Assembly: GCA_022605425.2 (NCBI GenBank)
Contig: JAKIMF020000001.1
Location: forward strand, 1,178,001-1,242,000
From: Hamiltosporidium tvaerminnensis FI-OER-3-3
Taxonomy: Eukaryota > Fungi > Microsporidia
DNA length: 64,000 nucleotides
Reading direction: 5' to 3'
Shown here: positions 25,605 to 37,714 of the stretch, in pieces
Numbering within the stretch: the first letter of the stretch is position 1
Layout of the letters: each line of letters begins with the position of its first letter
Notes under the pieces: generated by a model
What the model saw: the letters and a program-made list of their open reading frames with translations, nothing else
What the model was told of the DNA's origin: nothing
Database searches by the model: none
Made by a program: the position numbers and the translations under genes

Positions 25605-25940
25605 GTGCATGGTAAAAGATAGAAATACGAATAATTAGATGAAAAACGCCACGAATTGGATTTAAAATGATAAATATTATCTGTAGTTTGTAACATAAAA
25701 TTTTCGGATTTTAAATTACTACTCATTTCATTTTCAAATATTTCAATTAAAAATTTGATTGTAGCATCGTTTATTTGAGAATATTTTCTACTAATGGATC
25801 TTTGTAATTGAAAAACACAATTTTTTTAATATTCAATATTTTCTCAGAAAATTTAATTTGATTATTACTCACTTCATAGTCTAAAAATATTATTGAAATT
25901 AAATTTTCCTCAAATACATACTCATTTAAAAAAATTATAC

Positions 25941-25958
25941 TTCTTGGATTGAATAAAA
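25941..25958. repeat. 18-bp TSD, left copy (right copy 26696-26713)
   Basis: TTCTTGGATTGAATAAAA occurs identically at both positions and only once in the reconstructed host gene. Confidence 0.92.
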
Positions 25959-26695
25959 GGTGGAGGGAGGATAACCACATAAAAAACTTTCTGCTTGGCA
26001 ATGAGTGTATGAAACTGATGTGAGGTCATTGTTTGGATTTTTGGTGGAAATAAAACCACACTACATCTTCGGTTGTTCCATGGGAATTGTTATGAGGAAG
26101 AGAGGTCTACGAAATGGCGAAACTTTTTCTACAAATTTATTTGTAGTTTTTTATGTAACCAGATTACAGACCGCAGCTGAACATGTAGGTAATTGCCATG
26201 TAAAAGCATGGAAACCTAGCCTTGCTCACTCGGGTTAGAAGACTTAGCACCTGGGAGATATAAAAATAAAACCCATTAAAAGCCGGGAGAGCTAAGTAGC
26301 AGGTTATACCTGTTGGTATGACATTGCACTGTCTAGGTGGACCCCATGTAAATCTCTGAAATATATCTTAGCTAGAATTTTATTGGGTTCAGAAAGGGTA
26401 GAGTAAGTAGGAATGCTGCATAGTCTTGGGGGAGCCCAGGGGGGGCTTCGGCCTTCGATCACACTCCATGCAACGGACATTAACGAACTCCGGGCAACTG
26501 CCTCGCCTATTAATTAGGTTCTACACACCTGGTAGATGAAAGGCTTTGAGACGTAGGTATCGCAGGGGTTACCGATGGAGTGTTAGGGTAGCAGTCATTT
26601 ATGTTAAACCTAGAACTGCGTTAATGTCATAAAAACAAATATAACACTTGCCACTATTGTAAAAAGATGTGATATTTTTAAATAAAGTAGTTTTT
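25959..26695 (+). mobile_element. 737-bp non-coding, highly structured insertion (putative non-autonomous retroelement)
   Basis: Perfect 18-bp TSD, no meaningful ORF, GC-rich against the background, many hairpins including C(TTCG)G at 26446-26451. G-U pairs favour + polarity. TTTTTAAATAAA lies near the + end. Relatives at ~16490-17050 and ~46085-46218. Confidence 0.85.
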
Positions 26696-29600
26696 TTCTT
26701 GGATTGAATAAAAACTTTTGAAAGATTATTTTAGATGGCTTTTTTCTAAACAAACTAATTGTATTTGTCAAATTTTCAACATTTGTATCATTTGCTTCAT
26801 AAATAATAAGCGTGTTTGTATCCGATAAGGCGATTATCGTTTGTAAAAGAAAAAAGCCGGCTGATTTAACAAGTGATTCTTTAATGATTTTTTTAATAAA
26901 ACTTTCTGAAATTAGAACATATTTATCGTTTATTTCTAAAAATAACTTCACATATTTTCCTAATTCTTTATTTTCTTGATTTATATCGTTACGATTATAA
27001 AAAAAATCGTAAAAATCATTGCAATCAAAATACTTTTCGATAAACCTACCAAAAATAAAATTTAAAATCGAAAATGATATATTATAATGTGCCATTGAAT
27101 CAGTTATATCACTATCTTTTAAATAAAATTTTCTACTTTCGAATAAATTATACAAGTTGAATAGAATTGTGTCAATCAGTTTAATGAATGCATCAAAATC
27201 GACTTTAAGTTCATCTAAAACTACTAGAAATCTAACAAATTCTTTAAAAGAAATTAGATTATTCGGAAAATAGCAGGATTTTAGATATAAATGAAATGCG
27301 GTAAATTCACTATAATATATTTTAGAGAGATCTATATCGATTTCCAAACCGTCATTCTTTTTATGAAATTCTATTTCTTTACAGTTAAGTAATATAAAAT
27401 CAGAAATTGGAATCTTAACTATTTTTACATTTTTTACAACATTTTCTTTCTTTACTGTTTGAAATTTTGAAGGAAAATTTAAAAATGACTTTTTTCCTAT
27501 TGACTTTCTATCCGATTCTTCAACCTTTTTAATACTATCATTCTGTAGATGAAACCGAACAATAATCTCTGTTTGGATTGTAAGAAACTGTAACAAAAAA
27601 TATAAAATAGAAAAATAAATATATTTATTTATTCGATTCATCATTCTATGTGTTATAAGGTTTTTTATATTAAATAAAAAAAATTTGATAAATTTTCTTC
27701 AAATAGAATATTTATTTCGAATTATTCTACTGTCAAAATTGCTCTGAGATGTTCCTTAATATATTTTCTTTAATTATATTTAGATAGTTCATTGGAAAAA
27801 GATTAATTTAGCCATTCCGAGTCTAGATTTTATTTTTAAATTAAAATTTTTTATTTTAAATCGAAACGAATTTTTTTTAATCCAAAGTTTTTTTGTATAT
27901 TCTAGCATGCATTCCTATATTATAAAATGGTTTTTGCAAATCATTTCCTAATTCGACTCTTTGTTCCAATATCATAAATTATGTTTGCAAAATATTCTGT
28001 AAATATAAAATTAAATAATAGTATTGAAATGGTTTAAATAAAATCATTTTATTATTTTTCGAAAATCAACAAATTTGATTCACAATTCTGAGCTTTTAAA
28101 TTATATGTTAAAAGGAAGTGTTTCAAACGTCTTCGAATTTTGCAGAAAATCAAGTAAGATATTATTCTGCTTTCTCCTTTTTAATCTTATGAGCAAAACT
28201 ATTTTGCACTATTGGTAACATTTTAAATCGGTTTTTAAATTGACGCTGCTTAGCTTCGTATTTTCTACAAGACATTTTATAAGTTCAACTTTGTACCTTT
28301 AGTGTCTTTTACCATAATAACAGCTCTCATCTGTAATTATAATAATTTAAAGACAATAAATTTTATTAAATAGTAGCTCTAAAAATTTCATAAAAATAAG
28401 AATTTTTACATTTTTATAGTTGTAATCCATCTAATTATCAGTTAGTTGTTCACCTAATCACGGTTCTAAGTGGAATTAACGCATGATGCATTTGAATTTA
28501 GTATTAAAGTCCTAAAAAAAATATTTTTGTTGAAAATAGATTTTCTGGTATTAATTCATTTTTTGTCGATGATAATCTTGATTTTACTCAGATTAATTTT
28601 CCTTCGAATTATAACTTTTTTTGTGGCACTTTTGGACTAATTTGACAAAAATATAGTTATTATTGTTGTTGTCTACACACTTATTTTTTCTTTTAAAAAT
28701 AAATTTGTAATTATTTATATTAAATTATATATAAATCTATTTAAATAGGTAAATTAAATTTTAAGTATGAAACCAAAACTTTTCTAGTCTTCTTCTAAGG
28801 AAAAACTTTTCGAAGTAAACGTAAACAAAGCATTAAATTGTATTACTTCTTACTGTTATCAAAATATATTAATGATTTTGAAACAATAAAACAATAAATT
28901 ATGTTTGCTTAACATAGGCTTATTCGTCTTATATTTTTTTTTCGGCTCTATATTACCATACTTTTATTATATTGATCAGACAAATTACTATTATTCTTTT
29001 ATAGATCTAAATCATACACAATTTTAGGCTTTCTTTTATCAATATTTAAAATTTAATGTATTTGTATTGTGTGCGTCAAGCACTTTCTTCTTTGTTATCT
29101 ATATACACAAAAAGTATGGATATGTACTTGATTTGGATAGTATTATGGTTGATAAATCCGACCATCATATATACCCATCCTTGTCTTGATTTCTTTCGTT
29201 TAAAAAAAGCGATATTTTACAGAATCTTTTTAAATACAGCAAATGAATGTTTTTCTTTAATTTTACTAGTATTTGCGACATTTCTGTAGGTATTATAGTA
29301 TTAAGTTGCATAATTAATCCATGATAATAAAAATAATTCATTTTTACTGCGAATCAGTAATAAATGAGATAAAAAATTTATAATCCGTCATTTCCTTGAA
29401 TTTTAAACCTTAAACATTTTTAGCGAGTTGATTAATGCATTCGATTTTAAAAAGAGTGATGCTTTTTACTTTTATTTGAAAAAATATCTAAATATACGCT
29501 TTGAATTTTATATTAGTGTTTTTCTTGTGCGTAATCATATATCACCAAACTAATTAAAAATTTTAAACTAGTGTCACAAAGATATCTAAACATAAAAATA

Positions 29601-31265
29601 AACAATTATCTAGTATTGTAATGAGATATATTAGTATGAATCAAAGAATAAAGAGAAACCGGCATAATGTGGGCAAATTTGTAAGGATTTTAAGATCTAT
29701 ATTTTATATCAGAACTCCTGGGTTGGTTAAGGTTATTAAAAGAACTGCCTACTATCGCTGGATCATCTCAAAATAATGCCAAAAAAATTCGTTCGACATG
29801 CGCTTTCGACGCGCAAACTAGAAATTCCAGGATTTTGCGGTAGGCTAAAAGCAAAATAGCTAAGTGATGTAAAAAAATAATCTCAAAAGTTTCGAAAGAA
29901 CATCCTGATACAAAGGCTCTCGATTTTAAAAGGAGGAAGTTGATATTAGATGTACCAGGAATATAAATTGATCATAATTCCCAAGAGTAAGTGAGAAAAA
30001 AGCGTTTCTCTTAGTTTTATTTTCAAAAAAAGAAACTATATCTAGCAAGAAATGTAAAAATGCCTAACTAAAAAATATTTTTACATTAGAATTACGCATG
30101 CTTTCATTTTTGATTTATAAAATTGCGAAAATTTCTACAAACATTTTGGAAAATCAATACTAAATGATTTCTTTCTTTAAATGCCTAAGGATATGAGAAG
30201 AAATATCTCGGCGAATCTATCTCATTTGATACTTTTTTTGTAGATCACATAGAGGGGTTTCTAAGACGATTGGCTCATTATCTTTATATATTAGAACTTT
30301 GAATGTAACTTTTGTCAAATGAAGTATTTATTAAGCCTTTGTAAATTTCGTAGCTCAGTTTAAATTTTACTGAATTAGATAAATCTTTTTATCATAAAAA
30401 TGTTTATTATTACCCGTCCTAACTCTCCGATCGTTTTCCCGTTATTTTATTTAGTATAATCATAAAATAAACTTTACATATTAACTTCGTTCAAATGAAA
30501 TAGTTGTCAGGATATTGAAGTTAAATTTAAAAGGCGGGTCTATCTCTTGATAGTACACTTTTTATTGAATTATTGTGAATGATTATGTAAGGCCAACAAC
30601 TCTGACTTTCAGAAGAAATATGCGAAAAAGGCACAATTAAAAGATTTAGCTTTAATTCCCGGTATTTTGTGTTTAGCTCTTTATTAAAACCTTGGAGCTA
30701 AAATTTATTTATTCATTATGAGGTGTAACCATATGAAGAACTATAATAGAGGTTATCTGGATAAAATTTGTAATCTAATACACTTAACCAAGTAAACTCA
30801 CATTTTTTCGGCTATACATAACCAACTATAGCCAAAAACTTTACAATAGACAAGTTCTGACCAACGAACCAGTTTGAACAGAGTTTAGAAACATAGTACA
30901 TTTATAACTGGCAGTAATATACTTCTAGAATTATTTTTGTGATATAATTTTTAACTCAAAAGAGAACCTCTTTTTTCTCTTCCAATTAAAAAATCGTCGG
31001 TTTTCTTTTGCAATCTTATTTGCATATTTTGCTAATAGTTTATAGAATAGTATTGTATTTTCGTAAACCGGTTTGTTGTAGCAATTTATATTTATTAATT
31101 TTAAAGCCAATTTTTATTTAAATCGATTCACAGATGTGATTTTTTTAGGAAGACTTCCTCCGAATTTAGAATCAAGCTCGTATCATTAATTCATGAGAAA
31201 TTATTTTATGTAGAAGGACATGGCTTTGTATGTATTCTTCTACCCTATTAATTCTGTTATTCGCC

Positions 31266-31482
31266 AATGGTTTGGTACTGAGGATATCGGAATTTACTAG
31301 AAGTGTCTGTTCAATCTTCAGTTGGTGCATTTTTCTCTTTCGTTCGAGAGTTTTGCGTGAGTCTGACAACTTAAACTATCAAAAGAAACTTGTCTTTGGA
31401 ACGCCTATATCATGACGAAGCCATGATTCATTGTTGGATTGTGTTCTAACCGTAGGAAGGGAGCGAGCTATTAAATAAATAA
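31266..31482 (+). mobile_element. tRNA-derived SINE-like element, copy 2
   Basis: Shares tgag.atatcggaattta, gttggtgca, tttgcgtgagt, cgaagc.atgattca, ttggattgtgtt and ccgta with the reverse complement of 2047-2265. B-box remnant GTTCAATC (31309-31316). Tail TATTAAATAAATAAA. Confidence 0.7.
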
Positions 31483-31899
31483 ATTGCAGTGTGCCTTTGG
31501 TTTGATATAACATACAAATATGAAATAATGAGAACGACTCACTTAGTTGCATATATTTTATCTAACCTTGATGAAATATGAATTAAATACTTCAGAGTTA
31601 ATACAACAATTTTAATGAAGGCAAGATGTAATTTAGGTTGTCAATTAATTCTTTAATATATGATTTAGATAAACACAATCTTTAAATTTCAACTTCGAGT
31701 TTAAGGTCCAATTATCAAATAAATCTTACAATATACACTATCTTTAACTATTATTTATTATGTAACCGACCAGTTTTTTTAAAAAAAAATACTTACCGTA
31801 ACTTTAAGTTGAATGGTTTTGTCTACTACATTTCCGTTGATTTTTGGGGCGGACATATAGTTAATCAGCTCAATTTAAAGCTAATTAATTCAATTCCAA

Positions 31900-32700
31900 C
31901 CAGTATTGGATAAGTTTTCTCGTGCACAAACATATCAGAAAAACCCCGAATTCACATATTTAAATTTCAAGCCATCATTACCATGATTGATTCGTGTTTT
32001 AATGCTATTTACGAATCCTTATTAAAAAAAACAAATTTTCTAGCTTTATACTTACAATTCCAATTAATGATATTTAGAAATTCATGAAGCAAAGATATCA
32101 TTGTCTACATAGAATTCATAAAACTGCTTCCTATATCTTCATAAATATAGATTTCATATGTTTTTTTTAAACTAATAAAAAACCAACAATTCCATAGTGA
32201 TTAACCAGATGATTAGAACCAAAGTAGTTGTGAGATTAACAAATATATTGATATAATAACATTAAAACTTGATTCTTCTTTCAAAAAATATTTATAGTTT
32301 AAGTTTTTTTAGATTTTAAACACTACCATACAAATACATATTTTAGCATATTCTTTTAGGATGAAAGAAAGAATTTGATTGCTTGTTAATTTAAACTGAT
32401 ATATCTTTATAAGAATTTATGTAAGCGATCTTGGCTTTTTCTTCTGTAATCAAAGAAGACATGATAAAGTAAAAAAAAATTTTTTCTATGTTTTTTATAG
32501 AAGGAAAAATCGTTTTTCCGTGTTGTATTGTCACATCAACAATTTTTTGAAAAGCTGATTCGTAAATATCTTTCATCATAATTGCCATACTAGAAAATCT
32601 ACATTATTTACTCATTCAATTAGCAATGACCAAATCATAAACTTTTAAAAATTTTTACAAATACTTTTTTATTTGCACTGCTCTTTTTTGTTTGTTCGTT
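31900..32700 (-). mobile_element. Highly decayed R4/Dong-like fragment (N-terminal/RT region)
   Basis: ccaattaatgatattt...aattcat (~32060-32086) matches 24257-24282; the remainder is only weakly alignable. Confidence 0.35.
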
Positions 32701-34931
32701 TTTCTTTAATCCGAATATCATTATACCGTCATTTCTTTCCCATTTTTTCTGTTATTTCTTACTGTATTATTACGTAAATATTTTTTGATAAAATTTGTGC
32801 ATAAGATGTTCTCAAACAAGTGAATAAAGCTAAGCAACAGAATGAAGAATATGATGCTTTTTTTTCCTTTTCCGCTTCTTTTAGTTTGTACTTTAATCAA
32901 ATCATTGCGTCTCAGTAAATTTTGAGTTATAGTAGCTATAAGTCTATTTGAATAGATTAGAAGTATTTTAAAACCTTTAGTCCACTGCTTATAAACATAT
33001 AGATTATTTCAGTTGTTCACTTATCGCAGAATTGGATATAATTTGTAGGACTAAACCCAGTTTGCTTTGATGAAAAATTTTAATACAAGACAAGTTTATG
33101 TAGGATGATAGTCTCCTCGGAGAAATTTAATTTAAAGTGAAATAGGGATTAAAATGAAGTTAAAGCGTTTAAGTTGTAAATTTGTGGATTCGCAGGTCTT
33201 ATTAATAATAATAAATGTGTTTTCCGGTTAGGCTAAAAGAGAAATTAAGGATTTTTATGTGAGTGTTGCACATCTTTGGGCATAATTGTTCTAGCTTGTT
33301 TATCTTTTTAAGAGTTTTGTTCGTTTTTATTATTTTTCCGGGTTTCTCAGAAAATTTCATATTTAATTTCTTTTAAAATTTTCTAAATTAAAAATTAAGT
33401 TTAGATTAAGCTAGATTCTACAAAGAATACAATGCTTTTTTATTCTAGCAAACAAAATTGTAATGATCAAAGAAAAATTAATTTTAAGCTAAAAATTTAG
33501 CTAAGATAAATCTACAATGAGAAGCTTAAAATTAAATTCTATAGATAAAATATCAGATTTAAAAATCAAAAAGAAAACCACTAAAAAATGATTATAAAAT
33601 ATATTATTTTGATTTGATAAGATTCAAAAATGGTTAAGGTAGGCTATGAAACCAATAATTACCTGATATATTACATTTTTTGTATCATTAAGGTTGAAAT
33701 TAAAAAAATGGTTTTAAACTTGTTTATACTAGAATAACACGTGTCAAATTTAAATTTTTTACAAAATTGTTTACGACTAGAAAAATTGATAAAAAAATAA
33801 AGCAATTTTTAAATATTGTGTAATTAGTTTAAAACAAATATACCTATGTTAACAATTTTTGCTAAAATTATTCTAGACTCGGCTATTAAGATTCTCGAGC
33901 TTCTTTTAGAATCAAAATTTGATTTTTTAAAGTATTCTCTATAATCTTGTATCCGAAATCAGCGGATATTTAAAACTTCGCTTAGTGTTATTTGGTGTTG
34001 ATTGACTTTGGTTTATATGTATGAGTTTCAACTTAATATCGCAACATTTTATTAAATTTACAAATAAAACAGGTTTTATTTTACTAAGAAATTATACTCT
34101 GAGGGTTTTGAAGTATTGTTACAGTGAAACTAAAATTACAACCAATTTGCAATAGATCTCAATAAATCAAGAGTATATAATAACAGCAAAAACCATAAAA
34201 AAAACCAATCTACACAATTAATTATGAATGTTAGTCCTTAAATAAAGAAAAATTGACTTATTTTCTAGGATTTAGTCTTTTCTGAGATTTTGTTTTAAAA
34301 TAACATCTGATTGGAAAATTTAAGAAACCGCAATTATAATATCATAACGTGGATTGAAAACTTATATATCAAGCAAGTTGAAACATATAAAATCGAAAAC
34401 TTACTTATAAGAGTTTAAACAGTTTAAATCAAGGATTAGAAAATATTTCAATTTAAATAAAATACTAACAAAGTAGGCTTACATCCAATATTATTTATTG
34501 TTTTTTAAATATTTAATTATCTTCGGAATCTAGTTTGAATTTACTTGAAAGCTTCGAAAAAGCCAGATTCAAAATTTCATTAAATTTTGATAAAAAAAAT
34601 CAGCCGATATTAAATTCTATAATAATATAATTTATTTTTACACTTTAGATAAAAATCAAATCATGAAATGAAGAATAAAAAAATATTTTTTCGAAAAAAA
34701 AAAAACTGTAAAATCAATCAAAAAAAAATTTAATTTAAGAAATATCAAAAATACAATGAAATATAACGAAATGAAACTTATAACAGACTAAAGTAAAATA
34801 ATTGCAAATTAAAGTGGATAGACTCTCGATATTTTATGAATAGATTAAATCAATATATATAATATATTGTTAAAACATATTTAATTTACATCTTCTTTAT
34901 TAAATATTTTTGCTTCCGCAATCCCTAAAAA

Positions 34932-36482
34932 ATGCTAATCCTGATATTTTTAATCTTCCAAGCATATCTTCACATTTGTACAAAAAAAATGAAAATAGAA
35001 AATGATTGCTATCATAGGGCATGCTCCAGTATGAAAAACATTGTAATCTACAATTCAGATCATAGCAATTTAATTTTATCTATCGAGAATTATAAAAATA
35101 TAGATTATGTTATTTCTGCATATAAAAGATATTCAAACAAAATTCTATTACAATCTAAAATCAAATCAAATTTATTACCAAAAATAATAGAAATATTAAA
35201 TAACCAAAGGTCTAATCAAAATATTCAAACATCAAATCATATATATGAAAAGATTATTTTTGAATTGAATAAAATTGTGCAGAATTATAAAATAGAAATA
35301 TTTTACAGTTTCGTTGACACTTTCACAAATCAAGTATTTGATAAAATATTTATAGAACTTGAAAATAGTCAAATAGATATCAAAAACAGATTTTTAAAAA
35401 GAAAGGCAGGAGAAATAAACTATTTAATCGAATATCCTGCCAGTGCATTTAAAACAGACAAGGATAGAGAAATATATATAGATGGATATATTAAAAACCT
35501 TACAAATGTAAAATCAAAAAAATATTTATTTATTACCTCATATTTAGCATTCATTTTGAGAGAAATACTTTTTATAATAATTTCATTATGTAAAAATTAT
35601 GGTGAAGTGGAGATGTTTTTAAGAAGTAAAAACAGCAAACATTTAGTATTAAAAAATGTTGAGGAAATCCAAATTACAGAAAATTGGTTGAACAAATTAA
35701 ATGACTTTGAGAAGGTAAAAACATCCATTTTGTATAAAAGACTCGATTTAAAATTTTGTGAAAATCTTGAAAATTCTCAAATAAATAAATTTCTGGGATT
35801 TCTTTATGAATTTAAGGAATTACAAATGTACACGAATGAAATTCTAGAAATGAATCTAGGTAGTTTTTTTGTAATTAAAAATGAAACATTAACCGAAAAA
35901 ATATTGCAAATGTTTGAAATTTTTATAGAAAAAAATTTAATCTCCGAAATAGAAGGTTTCCGTAATAAAATCTCAAATATTTATATAATAATAGAAGATC
36001 ATAAAATATTTGAAAATTTCATAGATTGCATTATTAAATTTACTATAAACATTGCTAAAGACTATAGCATTCAAAAAATGATAAAGATAGTAGAAAATAT
36101 AGAATTCTATAAAAATGAAATGAATAAAGAATATACTGAACTAAAGACGCGTATTTTGAGCCAAATAACTATTTTTAGAGACTACCTTATTATTATAAAA
36201 GCATCTTATAATATAATAATAATTTTAGAAAGCGCAAATCAACTGTATTTTCTTGAAAAACTCAAAGCCTTCCAAAAAAATAGTATTTGTCCCGAAAGAT
36301 CCAGCGATGAATGTCCTCAAACAAACGATGGAAATAATACCGCCATGAAATTCATTGAACTGTGCTTTAATTTATGTCATAAAATTATTGAAGAATATTT
36401 TCACAATGAATTGAAATGCAAATCTGGATATAAATCTGGTATTGTTATAAGTACAAAAAATTGCGGTTTAAAATATAAATGA
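34932..36482 (+). CDS. Hypothetical secreted protein (516 aa)
   Basis: Intact long ORF, hydrophobic N-terminus MLILIFLIFQAYLHIC, CCC at 34923-34925. No domain recognised. Confidence 0.8.
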   Translation: MLILIFLIFQAYLHICTKKMKIENDCYHRACSSMKNIVIYNSDHSNLILSIENYKNIDYVISAYKRYSNKILLQSKIKSNLLPKIIEILNNQRSNQNIQTSNHIYEKIIFELNKIVQNYKIEIFYSFVDTFTNQVFDKIFIELENSQIDIKNRFLKRKAGEINYLIEYPASAFKTDKDREIYIDGYIKNLTNVKSKKYLFITSYLAFILREILFIIISLCKNYGEVEMFLRSKNSKHLVLKNVEEIQITENWLNKLNDFEKVKTSILYKRLDLKFCENLENSQINKFLGFLYEFKELQMYTNEILEMNLGSFFVIKNETLTEKILQMFEIFIEKNLISEIEGFRNKISNIYIIIEDHKIFENFIDCIIKFTINIAKDYSIQKMIKIVENIEFYKNEMNKEYTELKTRILSQITIFRDYLIIIKASYNIIIILESANQLYFLEKLKAFQKNSICPERSSDECPQTNDGNNTAMKFIELCFNLCHKIIEEYFHNELKCKSGYKSGIVISTKNCGLKYK

Positions 36483-37714
36483 AAAGTTTAGATAATTTAC
36501 ACAACTGAAAATTCAAAAAAATCAAAGATAACACTCTACTTTGCTAAGATTAAGTATCTCAGAATTTCTATTTCGTCCTTTGAAAATTGATTTATTTCCA
36601 TCGATATATTTACATTTTTATTCGGTTTATCTTACATATTTTCTATTTTATTTGCGATAATCTTTAGATAAACTTTCGTTAACTCATTTTTAGTTCATGT
36701 ATTGTCATTAGTGTATAAATCACGAGGTTGATCAAACTTTTTTACGTCTTTACCGGCTTAAATATTTTTATCTCGATGTTGTATGTTATTAGAATTTAGC
36801 TCATTTTTTTTAGTCTGTACCTCTTGAAAAATTTAGATACTTTCTATTCTCAGTGTTCAATATTTTTCAATGGCTTGATTCATTTCAAGATAGAAAAAAT
36901 AATATCAAATTTTTTTCTGAGAATTATCTACCGATTGTATTATTACTGTAACAGGTTTTGATGTTTTTTTCAATAATTATACTTATTAGGCACAATAAAT
37001 TTTCACGTTTTATCATGAAAAATATTACTTCTAAATGAATATGAATTATAATTCTTGTAGAAGCGGAAGAGTTGTCTTTCATGGATAACTTCTAAATATT
37101 TAAGCAAATATTAAAGTAATATTAGATATTGTAATTATTATAAAGTTATTTAAATTTGTAAAAAATACATCTAATTGATTATTCAAACTTACCTCATGTT
37201 TATATTTCAGCTATACTTATTTTTACATAGTGATTTGAAAAAATCTTCAAATATAGTGGCCTAAAATTTCCTCTGTAGCCTTACTTTTGAATCTTTTAAA
37301 GATTTTTTTGCGGATTTAACCTGCCATTATGCTTGTTTGCAGCCAAAGTTTGCTATTTTTCTATATCCAGGTGCAAAATTTTTTTTACCTTTTTTTTTCA
37401 ATTTTACATTTTTTTAGGATTTTCTCAAATCTCTTGAAATATGTTTTTTTTCTCAACAGTAATAGAAATTCCTTTGCCATTTCGGATGCCTATTTCATTT
37501 TAAAACATTTAAAGAAATCTTCAATGATAGCCGAGTAATTATTTTCAAATTGTAAAATAAATAAATCTGATATTCTGCTTTTTTTTATTATAAATCATTC
37601 ATTTGTTTATTTTCTGTTATTTCTTCATGATATTTAATATTTAGATTCCGATTTTTATAAAGCCTTTTGTCCACATGAAAATACTCTAATATAATTTTAT
37701 TTTCGTAATTATCT

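Larger units (their letters stand above)
20698..27644 (-). pseudogene. Secreted LRR-like family gene, paralogue B, split by two insertions and several frameshifts
   Basis: Removing the two inserts and one copy of each TSD restores QKFLFNPRSIIFLNEYVFEEN and YFYLLPCTFKSENVHIY, colinear with paralogue A. Frameshifts at ~25780, ~21410, ~21150, ~21025 and ~20805. Reconstructed stop at 20698-20700 after ...FLNEEYSENILHFEMNEIYY. Confidence 0.85.

Noticed and set aside
26582-26591. Telomere-like GTTAGGGTAG suggesting telomerase RNA
   Set aside because: A template would lie on the minus strand and is imperfect (CTACCCTAAC), while structural polarity favours plus. Insufficient evidence.
25959-26695. 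Hammerhead, twister, HDV ribozyme or group I/II intron within the 737-bp element
   Set aside because: No CTGANGA...GAAA core, no twister GGUCCNAAGCC loop, no HDV P3/L3 arrangement and no domain V or ordered P/Q/R/S elements found by eye. A divergent ribozyme is not excluded.
31789-31850. U1 snRNA candidate (ATACTTACC plus Sm-like ATTTTTG)
   Set aside because: No U1-70K or U1A loop motifs, the spacing is too short, and it borders a decayed R4 fragment.
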